From Craspedostauros australis (lineage: Eukaryota): 64,000 bases of DNA. The notes under the pieces are model-generated. The model made no database searches and was not told where the DNA came from. It was given only the letters and a program-made list of their open reading frames with translations. Positions 1-11,655 of this stretch are shown piece after piece (the first letter of the stretch is position 1; every line of letters begins with the position of its first letter). The stretch is from assembly GCA_030167865.1 (NCBI GenBank), contig JALAGF010004851.1, positions 62,001 through 126,000 on the forward strand, given 5' to 3'. Both the position numbers and the translations under genes were made by a program.

Positions 1-758
1 TCGCGCAGAAACGCCCGGCGCTCAAGAAGCTCACTATGCTCACGGAGGTTTGCGAGGTGCTGGGACGCCGTGACATGTTCCGCCCCTTGCTCGATTCGGA
101 CGTCCTGTCCGTGTGCAAACGATGGATCCAACCCTTGCGCAATGGCACGTTGGGCAATGTCACCGTGCGCCAGCGCGTCATCCACGTCATCAGCATGATG
201 AACGGCGAGGGCGGCATCACATCCAACGACCTCAAGCGGTCCGAATTCGGCAAGGTCGTCATGAGCCTCTACATGCACAGGAGCGAAACGCCCAACATGA
301 AGCGCGAGCTCAAGAAGCTCATCGAGCAATGGAGCCGCCCCATCTTCCAGAAGTCCGGCAACATGCGTGATCTGGAACGCGTCCAGCACTCGCGTGGCAC
401 CGCCGGATTGTCAGCCATCTCAAGGCAGAAACGAGTCATGCAGTCGCGTCCCGTCGCTGCCGCAGCCTCGGGACATCGCGGTGGCAAGGATCAGGACCTC
501 AACTCCCTCATCCAGTCCGGCGTCAAGGGCAAGAACGAATCCGGCATCAACCGCGTGCGCGTGCCCTACAGCAAGGGCTTCCAGTACAGCGTGCGTCCCA
601 CGAACCGCATGACGGGCGACGTCGACAAACGCCGCACGCAGCAAGTCGCCAAGGACAATCGGGGACATTTGGCAAAGAGGATGCTGGAGAAGAGCCGAAC
701 CGCGTCCAAGAATCAACGCAGCGCCAACATCAGCGTGGAAGGTCGCGCCACCAAGTAA
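1..758 (+). CDS. IWS1: IWS1/SPN1 transcription elongation factor homolog, C-terminal part (5' end outside window)
   Basis: Frame open from position 3 (AQKRPALKKLTMLTEV...). TFIIS-N-like IWS1 motifs: WIQPLRNGTLGN, LKRSEFGKVVMSLY, KLIEQWSRPIF, RVRVP, terminal ISVEGR. Stop TAA 756-758. Confidence 0.88.
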   Translation, partial: AQKRPALKKLTMLTEVCEVLGRRDMFRPLLDSDVLSVCKRWIQPLRNGTLGNVTVRQRVIHVISMMNGEGGITSNDLKRSEFGKVVMSLYMHRSETPNMKRELKKLIEQWSRPIFQKSGNMRDLERVQHSRGTAGLSAISRQKRVMQSRPVAAAASGHRGGKDQDLNSLIQSGVKGKNESGINRVRVPYSKGFQYSVRPTNRMTGDVDKRRTQQVAKDNRGHLAKRMLEKSRTASKNQRSANISVEGRATK

Positions 759-1192
759 ACCAACAACGGAGCAGAGTATGCTGCTGTATATGGTACTCAT
801 ATGGGATGCCGCGGCAGAGAAAGAATGAGGAGGAGGAAGAAAAGAAAGGAGAGACAGATGCACCGGCGATCCACAAATCAAATCATCACATAATACATCC
901 ACAAAACAGCTGTTCTGTTCTACACACTCTTGACTCGGCATGGAGCAACATTTGTGCGCAAGTTGAATTGTACAGTTGATCGTCTTGCGTTGGCTGCAAC
1001 AATGCAAAGTCCCATGCCATCATCACGCTGTCTGCTATCATCGATCTCACACGAACGGGATACGAGTACAAGTGTTGGATGAGAGCACTACACGTACGAC
1101 CCACACACACACAAACACGCACATACATCCAATGTGTGTTTTGTTTTCGTCTTGAATTTCTACAAACAAATCAATCTTATGAATTGACCAGT

Positions 1193-3983
1193 TTACCTCT
1201 CCTTGAGTCGCTGCTGCATTATCGCCAGACCAAGCTCGTAGATGGTCGAGGAGAGCAATCGCTCTTCGCGCTTTTGGGCGGTCTTCTCGGTTGCGCTGCG
1301 GCTCTCCAGGATCTCGATCTTGTCCTGCTTCTCCTTCAACTTGGCCTTGCATTCCTGGAGCGCCACGAGGTACTTGTCCTGGAATTTGGCCAAGGTTCGC
1401 TTCGTGTATGCCTCCAGCTTGTCCTTGTCGCTTCCGATCTTCTTGTTGATGGCCTCCTTCTTGGCCAGCAGCTCCTTCAGTCGCGCAACCTCCTTCGCCG
1501 ACTCGCCGTCTCCGCCTGCGGCAGGTGCCGAGGCAGCGGTACCGCCGTTCTTGTTGAGGGCCTCCACCTGCTCGCGCAGCTTGGAGTTTTCGATTTCCAA
1601 TCGCATCGTCTTCTCGCGCATCTGGGACACGTCCTGGCTTCCATCCATGGCCAATCCTTCCACAGCACCGGCCACGTCGTCAACCTCCACACTCTGCTTG
1701 GCGCGCAGCTCCTTGAGCTCCTCTTCGTACAGCTTCTTGGCATCCTCGGCGGCGTTGAGACGGGTCCTCAGGCCGACCAGCTCGGTCGATGTCGATTTGA
1801 GGGATTCCGACTTTTCCGACTGGTCCTTGACGGCGGCAGCCAGCTTCTTCTGGAGCTGATCAACCTCCCGCTGCAAGGTCTTGGTCTTCTTGACTTCGGC
1901 CTCCAGGTCCATAATTTGTCGCAGGTATCCGGCGGCCTGATCCTCGAGGTCGGTCATCTGCTGATTCATCACGCCGACGCCCTCAAGCTTTTTCTTGTAG
2001 GCCATGACGGTGGCCTCAGCCTTGAAGAGCTGATTGGCCTTGGCGGACGCCACGTCGAGCTCGTCGGCGAGTTGCGCCTTGTCCTCCTCCAGATCCATGA
2101 CTTTGGATTTGATGTCTTCCAACGCGCTGGTTTTGTCACGGAGCTCTTCCTCAGATTTGATGAGCTCGTCCTGTCGCTGTTGGAGGCGGTCCTGCAGGTC
2201 CTCGACCAACGCGCGGAGCTTGGCATGGGATTTGTCCGTGTCCTCGCGCAGGTCGGTGGTTTGGGATTTGTACTGGGCGAGTTCACGGCGGGCCTCCAGC
2301 AGGGCATGTTCCAGATCTTCCTTCTCCGCATCCGCACCGGCCTTGAGGTAATTGGTGTCGAAGAGGGCACCCTCGAGGTCCTTCGCCTCGTCCGTTGCGA
2401 TCTCGTCGAAGACCATCTCGTTGTCGTCCGCCTCGTCGTTGTCGCCTTCGTACTCGTCCAGGCGAGAAAGGCTGGCTTCGATGATGGATTTCATTTGCAG
2501 CTGCGATTCCGGCGTCATTCCCATGATGCGGCCGACGAATTCTCCCTTCTCGGGACACGTGACGGCTGCCGCAGCGACAAGCTCCACCAGGGAGGCGATG
2601 GCCTCACGATCGGCGCTCTTCGCGATGCTTCCCAGCTGCGATGTGACCTCTGGGAAGTTGGCATCCTTCTTGAGCTCTTCGTGGTAGAACCATTCGAGGT
2701 TGCGCACGAGCTTTCGGAGGTTGGATGATTTCAATGCCCAGTTGTCGCCCAAGTGACGTGCGATGGTGGTTGGGTCGAAGTACTCCTGAGATCTGTATTA
2801 TGAACAAGGAAGTGTGAGTGCATGTTTGTATGCGTGTATGTCGACATGTGTTCGTCGGTATGCAGGATCCGTAAATTGAGCGAGATGGGGTGACATGGGG
2901 GTGACATGAGGTGAGCGCGGTGAAGACGGCGAGTGCGATGGATGAGGGTGTGACACTAGAACATTCGGGTGTTCAACACTTGTTGCATGTGTCGATTGCA
3001 GGACTCTTGATACTGTTTGCTGAGCAGGGGAATTGGATAGGCGAGGAGATGAATGCAGGACGGAGTAGCGAAGCAGCGGGGAGATGAAGATTGTGAATGA
3101 CCGCCATGCCGCGCGGATGGAGTAATGCAGAGCATCCGGAAGCGATTTGGATGGATTTGAATGGGTTGATATCTTGCGCCGTTCAGTCCGCCAACAGCTT
3201 GAAGACGTGACTGTCGGAGACGACGATGACAAGGACGACGACAACCATGATGATGGTCATGATGATCGCCATGTCGTGGTTCGCCTTGCGTGGAACGATG
3301 CAGTGCATCGCACCGTCTCTTTTCGTTGGTCGCATAGGCTTCGCACTGGGTCATTCGTGGCTTCGTGTCCCCCAGTTTCGCGCGCATGATTGCAATTGTG
3401 GTGCTGCTGCCTCCGTTGCCTGTTTCCTCCTCAGTGAGCTCTTGCGCCATCTTGTTTGCGGGAGGAGGAGCATGCCATGAGGTGACCTTTGCTCTACCCT
3501 GCTCTAGTCAACCATGCTCCGTTCTGTTCGATTTGCGATTTGGCTGTCCATCTGTTGTCCCAGCTGCGGGTTGATGATGGAGGCGCATGGTGTTGTCTCT
3601 CCCCATGGTGTGCCTTCCGTGTGCTGCAGATCCATCTCGCGGGTGCAGAGTCACAGATCAGGTGAGCATGTCCCTCCGCGCCCACTCCATTGAACGCTCA
3701 ATCAATCAATCAATCAATCAATCAATGAAGCAAGCATTGAAAGAAGCAATGAAGCAAGCAAGCATTCAATCATCGAATAAGACCAAGATACACTTGCGTC
3801 AAAATCCGGAGAGCGAAGGAACAAAAGCAGCAGAGTCATGCAGAGTACTTACATCTCGGACAAAGCCTCAAAGAGGATGACACCGTCGCTGAGGTCGGCA
3901 AGGGCTGCAGGTGCTGCGCCGGAGAGGGTGGCGAAGGTTCCGAGGAACTCCACCATGGCGGTGTGTCGTGCATCGTCGCTCAT
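1193..3983 (-). CDS. HOOK: Hook-family coiled-coil microtubule/dynein adaptor; 2 exons (3983-3853, 2792-1193), 576 aa
   Basis: Exon 1 MSDDARHTAMVEFLGTF...LADLSDGVILFEALSEI ends at a GTAAGT donor and splices in phase 2 via TAATACAG to SQEYFDPTTIARHLGDNWALKSSNLRKL, matching the Hook CH-like domain (LxDGV...I...F...DNWxLKxxNL). Long coiled coil; C-terminal EERLLSSTIYELG matches the Hook tail. Intron 2793-3852 (1060 bp). Confidence 0.85.
3698..3726 (+). repeat. (TCAA)n microsatellite inside the HOOK intron
   Basis: tcaatcaatcaatcaatcaatcaatcaat visible directly. Confidence 0.9.
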
Positions 3984-4970
3984 CTTTCAGGTTCTTCTTG
4001 TGGTTATCGTTGGTGGACAAACGAAGCTCCCTCCACGTTGCGTTGCGGTGAGTTGCGGCGTATCGTGTTGCACTCCGTTGTGACTGTCCACGATGGAATC
4101 GAATCGAAGATTGGTCTTCGCCGTGTTCTTTGATGCGGTGTGGCAATGAATCAGATCAAGGGGCAGGTTGCGGCGGCAACGATATTGTTGTCGACGATGT
4201 CGAAGAGTCGATGATGGTGACGAAGACGACGATGACGATGATGATGGCAACGCAGCGAACAAGCAGCATCAGCAACAGAAAGACTTTGGGACTTTTGCTG
4301 CGTGTTTGTTTGTTCTCGTTCTGTTGCGCAGCGCAGCCACGGTGTGTTCCTCTTGTTTCTACCGCGCGTGAGTCGTCTTTGCTTGGGGCGCGCGTCGGAA
4401 CACGGTCATGCTGCGTGTGTGCGAAGTCTCATCGCTTGTCGGAGGGAGAGGATGCCGGCCAGGCGAAGTCTTTATTGCGGTGGGACGACTCGGTCGACCA
4501 CTCCGGCATGCATTGGGTATTCATTACATACGCTTCTGAATAACTTCCATTTATTGCGAACACCCAGAGGTGGCTGGCGTGTCCATGAGACTTGAACTCA
4601 CCGTTCTCCGCCCTCAAAATGGCGTTTGTCCTCGTGTCCGCTTCTTGTCTCTGTTGGTCCTGCCTCCTTTCTTCTCCTTGTTGTCGTGTTGTGTGGCGTT
4701 GCATTGACAGGAATTTGCGTTTGGCTGGGACGAAACAGGACAGAAGAGACAAGACAAGAACCAAGGTAAGAGAGGCAGGAGCCAAAGCAAGAGCCAAACC
4801 AAAGGAAGACAAGCCAACCACCAGCAAGCACTGAACATCCAACACCACCAAGGACAGAAGACACCTCCTGCAATCCACTTTGTGACCCCCATCGTTCCAT
4901 CCGCATCGAATACAATCAGCATCAGCACCAGCATCAGCATCAATAGAATCAACAATAGAACGAGTTCACC

Positions 4971-5724
4971 ATGTCGTCGACAATTCCATGCGAATCAGAA
5001 TACTGCAACCAGGGATGGGCTGAGGTCCTGACCAGCATGTCCCCGTACGGATTTGCCAGCTTCGGCGTTGCTTTCGGTCTTGGACTGTCCATCGTCGGAG
5101 CTGCATGGGGTATCTGGCTCACAGGATCATCGCTGGTGGGTGCTGCCGTCAAGGCACCACGCATCAGAAGCAAGAACTTGATCTCGTAAGTTGGTTTTGG
5201 CGCAAAGCACTGCACTGCAGCCCAAGGCAAACGCAACGGTTCACCGCATTGGAGTTGGTTTGACTTGATTTGACGTCTCTTTCTCACCGCTTCAATTCAC
5301 CACACTCCACCACATTACGTTACATTACATTACATGATACTTTGCACGGCTCTGGTCGAACAGCGTCATTTTCTGCGAAGCCACGGCCATTTACGGAGTT
5401 ATCATGGCCATCATCCTGACCAACAAAATCAAGGCCCCAGAGACTGAGTCGCTCTACCTGCCGCAGGGATGGGACTACCCAGGATTCTACTACGCTGGAT
5501 ACGGAATGTTCTCTGCCGGTCTCTCGGTCGGTCTCACCAACGTCGCCTCCGGAGTCAGCGTCGGACTGGCAGGATCCAGTTGTGCGATCGCTGATGCGCA
5601 GGATGCCAGTCTCTTTGTCAAGATCCTCATTGTCGAAATTTTCGCTTCCGCCCTGGGCATCTTCGGTATCATTGTCGGAATCATTCAGAGTAACGCATGC
5701 ACATTCCCAATTGCTGTGGCCTAA
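4971..5724 (+). CDS. VMA16: V-type H+-ATPase V0 proteolipid subunit c'' (VMA16/ATP6V0B); 2 exons (4971-5185, 5364-5724), 191 aa
   Basis: LSIVGAAWGIWLTGSSLVGAAVKAPRIRSKNLIS|VIFCEATAIYGVIMAI and ADAQDASLFVKILIVEIFASALGIFGIIVGII are diagnostic c'' motifs. GTAAGT...AACAG intron 5186-5363 joins in frame. Confidence 0.96.
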
Positions 5725-6377
5725 GCAGACGTGCCAGCGCTTGCGAACGACTGGTCGGGCGGCAGCCACATGCGGAATGACGCGCGGCAGCCGCGTTCAA
5801 AGCAATGCAATGCGATACTCTGCAACACTCCGCTGTCAGCCACGAATCTCGTCATTTTGAGCTCAGCAGCGAAGGATTGGCAGGCGCCCGTCCAAACCTG
5901 CATTTCGTGACGCACGAATTGAACACTGAAAGCCTTCGGAGCATGCATCGACAAGTGCTGTTGATGCCAACCATCTTCCATTGCATGGCCTCGAACGTCA
6001 TAGCAGTGAGGGAAGGCGCGTGTTCCTTTTGTGGCTGCGAGATGTCAGCGCGAACGAGCACGAAGCAGAAGCCGCTGCTGCTACATGTGCTGCCTGACGA
6101 TACAAATGGATCAACCATGGTCGAGTCAGCAACGACATGCAGCAATCAATCCAATCAACATGAACCAACCAAACGCACACACACACACCAAATACCAACA
6201 AACACCTTTACTGTAAATTCTAGCACAAACAAACAATACTGAAACAAAGCAGCATTCATGATGAAGGGAAGGAGACGTCGGGATTCAACCTCACAACTCA
6301 ACGACTGAAAATGAATGGGACTCTGCCATCTACCCTGCCATACCTATGACAAATCTTTGAGTCTCCTGCCATCACCT

Positions 6378-9113
6378 TCATTTGATGGTGCGACGCCATG
6401 CCTGCAGCTTCATCAAGACAATCAGACCCAACGTGAATGGCAACGACATCCATTGGAACTTGCCGACCTCGTGCTGCTTGCCGCCATCGCCATCATCGCT
6501 CGTCACATCAATTTCAGTGCTCTGTGTTGCGTTGTAGCATTCACGCGCAAGCCGCATCTCCCAAGCACCAGCATCTTCTTCATTCGCATCATCAAAGTCG
6601 CACCCATAGTACGCCGTCACCACGATGACATCCTCGCCGCGATGCGCTCCATTCGGACGGTACAGCACTAGCCCGGAGGTGTTGTTGTTGTTGTTGTTGC
6701 TATCACCCATCATGTCTTGCTGAATCCAAAGCACGGATCGTCGCTGCGGATAATGCCGATACCATCGTTGCAATGACATCGTGTCGTTCCATGTCAACAA
6801 TCCATGTCCGCAAGATACCTTCAGGAGAACGCGGACATCGCCCTGCGTATGCTGCACTTGAAGGATCGTCGCGTTGTGGCTGGACCTGTGCTGGATGGGT
6901 GATAACGCGATGGAATGCTTCGTGCAAATGACCTGGATCTGCTGTTCCTGGATGGCGGTGGTCGTTTCGTTTGGATGCTGCAGCACGGTGCCACGGTAAA
7001 GGAAGGACACATTGTGGTCGCCGGTGCAGTCGGAGGATGGTTGGTAGAACAGACGGATGCTGTTATCGATGATGGACTTCGGCGTGACGATGCTGTTGGA
7101 TAGCACGGGCTGGCCATTGTTGCTGACGCCTTGATTGCCGCCGTTGTTATCATTGCCGTCATCCAAGTACGAGTAGAGCCGACCTTGCTGGGGCAATGAA
7201 ATTACTTCGATGCCGATTTCGCGAAAGGAGTGATCTTCAATGCCGATGTGGATGGGAACAGCAGGTTGATGCGATGTGGTGAGGATTGGAGTCGGTGCGT
7301 CAACTTGCAACGATGGGGAGATGCGGATCGTCACAATCCGTTCTTCCGACCATGTCCCAGCGGTGTCAGCGGCACGGAATGCGAATGTATCCGACCAATC
7401 TTCAATGCCGCTACTATCGCTGGGGGGCAATGAATTCGAGTGTGGCCGGTACTCTACAGCAATTGCTGTGGAGTGCAATGTAGTTGTAGTCGCATTGGAC
7501 GGATGGATGATGGTGCCATGCTTGTACGGATACGTGGTGCGATCGTAGGTGCTCAATATCAAGTACCCGCGCGTCGGTGTTCGCGTGATCTGTATCATCT
7601 GAATGGAATCGTTCTCATCGTCGTCCCGGCCGCTCAGTTGCACCGACTTGCCGATGATCTCGGTATCCCAGAGATGAAGCTCTGCAAGACGAGCGATAGC
7701 AGTTGGGACGTTGTTGATATCCTCAACGATGATTGTCACGGTGGCTGGCTGACAGGCGTCTTCTGTACCTGCATGCACGAAACTTGTTGTGGTGCAGGCT
7801 GTGAACGAAGTGTAAGGAATCCCAGGCAACGACGAGTGTTGATTGGGTGGTGGGATGTAGAATAGACTGATGGAACTGTTCAACGATATGGATTCGTTGG
7901 ATGAGGTTTTTGTCGGCAGCCCGAATGGGACGTGGGTAATGTTGATGGTGTTGGTCTGGTTGGTGACACCGGCGTCGTCCTTCATGGCATACAACCGTCC
8001 CTTGTCGGGAACATCAACGATGAGTGTGGTGATCCGCTGCTGCTGCTGCTGCCGTTGCTGCTGCTGGCCGTGATGCACGTGCGCACAATCGGACTGGAAG
8101 GCGTCGATCATATTCTGATGCTCAGCAGGCACATTCTTGATGGGGAGATCAATTCGATAGTCATTTTGCAGAGCGTTGATGTCCAAACCACCCTCGCCCG
8201 TTGTGATGTGTTCGGGAACGGTGACAGTGGTTGAGAGAACATAAGCGGGGATGTCCGGCGGTCCCCCTCGGATCAAGTCATTCCGGATCTGGGTTTCGTC
8301 GAGGTACTGGTCGTAAATTGACAGTCGGTAGATGCGCCCCGACCATGATCCAACATCCATCGTTGGGAAGAGACTGAGCTTCGATTGATCGTTCCAATGA
8401 GACAGGTCATTTGCGAAGGCGGCCTGCGAAATAGCGCCGCCGTGACCATTGATGATGATCTGCTGCAGCTTATCTTGCAATGCGACGACGACATGATTCA
8501 GCTGTCCTGGAATCAATGGGACGTCCATGAACAACAGCCGCTGGCATGGTTCGAAGTACGCTTCGGCTGTCCGAAACAATACTTCGACGTTGTGACCGAA
8601 CTGGGAGAGCTGGAAATCGATGGGTTGCTGGACGCATCCCAGGCTGTTCGCGTTATCTGGCGCATGATGGATGATACCTCCGTTGTCTCCGATGATCAGG
8701 ATCGGTGATGGAAAGTCGCGAAAGGATTCTGCGAAGGGTTCGAACCAAAGCTCCAGCAAAAGGCCATCACCGCCACCATCACCAGGTTCTGCTTGCGAGA
8801 CGAATGTCGATGTGAAGGACCAGTCGGCATCAACTTGGGACGAGGTGTGCTGATGACCATGGGCGTTTCTTGATTCGATTCCAAAGAACCGCGAGCATTC
8901 TGCGGCGAAAGTTCTTAGCTTGGTGACGGAGGTGACGGCGGGCGGTGCGTCGTCGGCGTTGGCCATGGTGTTGGCGATGACTTGACCGTTCTTGCAGCTG
9001 GACGAATCGAAGTCGAACTGCAGGACGGGTTGATGGACGTATTCGCCAGCCACATGGACGTCAGGGCGGATGGCGATGGCCGCCACGAAGATGAATCGAA
9101 GACAGAGGAACAT
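6378..9113 (-). CDS. Putative type I membrane/surface protein: signal peptide, LamG/ConA-like domain, cadherin-like beta-sandwich repeats, C-terminal TM; 911 aa
   Basis: Uninterrupted ORF with hydrophobic N-terminus. LamG-like LELWF..LNHVVVAL..WSGRIYRLSIYD. Cadherin/tandem-95-like VTIIVEDINNVPTA, VQLSGRDDDEND..ITRTPTRGYL, DTFAFRAADTAG, VISLPQQGRLY. C-terminal WMSLPFTLGLIVLM followed by a basic tail. Confidence 0.65.
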   Translation of the reverse strand: MFLCLRFIFVAAIAIRPDVHVAGEYVHQPVLQFDFDSSSCKNGQVIANTMANADDAPPAVTSVTKLRTFAAECSRFFGIESRNAHGHQHTSSQVDADWSFTSTFVSQAEPGDGGGDGLLLELWFEPFAESFRDFPSPILIIGDNGGIIHHAPDNANSLGCVQQPIDFQLSQFGHNVEVLFRTAEAYFEPCQRLLFMDVPLIPGQLNHVVVALQDKLQQIIINGHGGAISQAAFANDLSHWNDQSKLSLFPTMDVGSWSGRIYRLSIYDQYLDETQIRNDLIRGGPPDIPAYVLSTTVTVPEHITTGEGGLDINALQNDYRIDLPIKNVPAEHQNMIDAFQSDCAHVHHGQQQQRQQQQQRITTLIVDVPDKGRLYAMKDDAGVTNQTNTINITHVPFGLPTKTSSNESISLNSSISLFYIPPPNQHSSLPGIPYTSFTACTTTSFVHAGTEDACQPATVTIIVEDINNVPTAIARLAELHLWDTEIIGKSVQLSGRDDDENDSIQMIQITRTPTRGYLILSTYDRTTYPYKHGTIIHPSNATTTTLHSTAIAVEYRPHSNSLPPSDSSGIEDWSDTFAFRAADTAGTWSEERIVTIRISPSLQVDAPTPILTTSHQPAVPIHIGIEDHSFREIGIEVISLPQQGRLYSYLDDGNDNNGGNQGVSNNGQPVLSNSIVTPKSIIDNSIRLFYQPSSDCTGDHNVSFLYRGTVLQHPNETTTAIQEQQIQVICTKHSIALSPIQHRSSHNATILQVQHTQGDVRVLLKVSCGHGLLTWNDTMSLQRWYRHYPQRRSVLWIQQDMMGDSNNNNNNTSGLVLYRPNGAHRGEDVIVVTAYYGCDFDDANEEDAGAWEMRLARECYNATQSTEIDVTSDDGDGGKQHEVGKFQWMSLPFTLGLIVLMKLQAWRRTIK

Positions 9114-10023
9114 GGAGAGCGGACGTTGGTAGACGCAACGGCGATGGTAGACGTGATATTTGGCGGAGATGGAAGTGTGTGTCTGTGCCTGTGTCTATGT
9201 CTGGGTTATTGTTGTGATCCACTTGCTGTGTGCGAAACGTTACATCAACCAGAACGACTGCTTCCATCTCAAGCAGACAGTACCATGTGTAGAACTAGAT
9301 TCATGATGGTGGACGAGTACGGTGAGGTTCGATCGAAGCCGCGTCCTGCTCGCAGCGTCGTGCTCTGATCGCCAACACTCTCAACAGTCGTTGGTGTGTG
9401 CTGTATCCACGAATCATAACGATAACGATCACCATGAAGCCATCGACAACGGCAAACAAATGCATCGGCACCAACAGGTGCCTTTTTCGACGAATCGGGG
9501 AGCGGTTTGTGGGGAAGTGTGTGTCCCATCGTGTCACAGAACAACACCACCAAAGATACCACAACGATCTCCCTTTGTTCCGCCTGTCGCGCTTTTTCGT
9601 GGTGAAAACGATTTCGTCTTGTTTCGCGGCTTTGATGTTACTTGAGTACCCCATGATGGTGGTATCATGTATTGATTGCTGACATCACGATACCATGATG
9701 TGACCTGGAACATGAAAGATCCAGAACAGAAAACACATCAAGAGAACACATCGGATCCAACAACGAAGACGTGTCGTTGGCAACCTCAACGAGAGCTGCT
9801 GCTCGTGTTGCTGACATCAAACAGACGGCGTCTCCATCATCACCATTACCCTTACCATTACCATTACCTTGCTTGCCCTGTTCCTTGGGACTGAGAACGC
9901 ATCATCGTTACCTTACATTGCTCATCAGCCCAAAACAACTTCGATTGCATCGCTGACCGCAAACACTTTCCGTTCGTGCTTGCTGTTATGTATTCCATCA
10001 TGATGTCCATCGGAATCACGAAG

Positions 10024-11049
10024 ATGGTGCTGAAGATCATGGTGCTGGGTGCTGCCCTGCCGATGCTCACCCTCTCTTTCCAATCTCCATCAACAGCTTC
10101 ATGGGCTCCCGCGGTCCAACACAAGCACGGCATGGAGATTGCATTTGCCGATCACCGACGAGTTGGTTGGATTCGGCCTGCATCAAGAACACAGGGCAAT
10201 GTCGGAAGCATCACATCGCTCGGATCCACGGCGTCACCGCGTTCGCATTTTACGGCGTCCATGAAGGGAGATGTTCAGCCTGCCCAGGCCACCCAAGTGA
10301 TGCCGACGGAAAAGATAGCTGCGGATGATGCCAAGAATGACAAGGAAACCAAGTACGATTTGCCATGGTCCCAAATCCAAGAGTGGGCGTTGCGAGATCA
10401 GCTCCCCAAGTACACCATGATCCTGGCGCTCAAGAACGCGAACGGCGAGGAGGTCGCCGCTTCCTACGCACTGTGGAGGAGCTTGACCACGGATGTTGCA
10501 GAATTGGCAGGCTATCCCGTCGACTTCCTGCAGCGCGTGCATGATGACTTGATTGCGCGCAACGCAACCATATTGCAGAGCACTCCAAAGCAGTTGCCCT
10601 ACATGGATTCCTACACGTTCTCATCTTCGGGCGGCGTGTCGGGAAACGTATTCGACGTGCCAGGCATCGCGGATGGCGCGAAGATCGAAACCTCCAAGGT
10701 CGATAACATCCAGTTGACGTTGCCGAAGGGATACATCCGCACGGCCGACGGTTCCGCAGCCTACGAACTGGGCATCACGGTGCAAACAACTCCCGAGGCG
10801 ACCGATGGTGTGGTCAACGGCGCTGCAGCAGCTGGTGGCGCCATGCTCAATTCTGTCGCAAACGCGGCGACAACTGCATCTGCGTCATCGTCGTCGTTAT
10901 CTTCAGGAATCGGCAACGCTGTTGGCAATCAACTGACGGATGATCAGTTCCTGGTCCGCATGGGAACAACGGCAGGTATAGCACTCACAGCTGCCACGGC
11001 CATGAACATGCTGTCTCACCATCTGACCGTCAATGTGTTTTGGGTCTGA
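10024..11049 (+). CDS. Unknown, probably plastid-targeted membrane protein (start could also be ATG 9988/10000/10003)
   Basis: Signal peptide MVLKIMVLGAALPMLTLS-F, then a Ser/Thr/Arg-rich transit-like region, a globular core with coding codon bias, and a hydrophobic C-terminal helix ending HHLTVNVFWV. Confidence 0.75.
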   Translation: MVLKIMVLGAALPMLTLSFQSPSTASWAPAVQHKHGMEIAFADHRRVGWIRPASRTQGNVGSITSLGSTASPRSHFTASMKGDVQPAQATQVMPTEKIAADDAKNDKETKYDLPWSQIQEWALRDQLPKYTMILALKNANGEEVAASYALWRSLTTDVAELAGYPVDFLQRVHDDLIARNATILQSTPKQLPYMDSYTFSSSGGVSGNVFDVPGIADGAKIETSKVDNIQLTLPKGYIRTADGSAAYELGITVQTTPEATDGVVNGAAAAGGAMLNSVANAATTASASSSSLSSGIGNAVGNQLTDDQFLVRMGTTAGIALTAATAMNMLSHHLTVNVFWV

Positions 11050-11655
11050 TGTCGTGAAGTCGGCAAGGTGAGGCACATACGTCCGTCAGAGTATTGTTAG
11101 TACAGATAGTATTGGTACCCGTCGTCATGTTGACAGGCAGAGGATGAACAAGAAGCAGTCAGAGCAATGAAGTGGGATGTTTCCACACAGTGGGCGATGC
11201 TGCGAGTATTGCCACACCACTTGCGTCTTTGGAGACAAGACTCTTCGCTGCTCTACATGCCAATACTCTGATACATACACAAGCAGATTAGAGAAGAGAG
11301 GAGAGTGTTATTATTATTCTTATTGCCATAGTAGTCGCGTGTAGCAGTTCATGTTGTTTGTCCTCCTTTCCTTGTTCATTCACGACGCATGACCATGATT
11401 GGATCTGGACATTGTTTGAGGATGCGACCACATACGACTACGGATGTGTTTGCTATGGGTGGCGACAGACGACTGTCTGAGACTTTGGAGAACGTTTACT
11501 ATTATACCGACAGCCTGCGCCTCTCGTGGACAAACAAGATGGTCTGTTGAGGATGAGATGGTGGCGCGTAACTGATCCTTTTACGATGCCAACGGTGACA
11601 ACAAAGTGCCTGCGCTCCGGAGAGGTGGCTTCACACGAAGGTCATGGGTGAAACA

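Noticed and set aside
1079..2728. 549-aa + strand ORF
   Set aside because: Antisense shadow of the HOOK coding exon; Leu/Val-rich mirror of Glu/Lys/Asp codons, no motifs.
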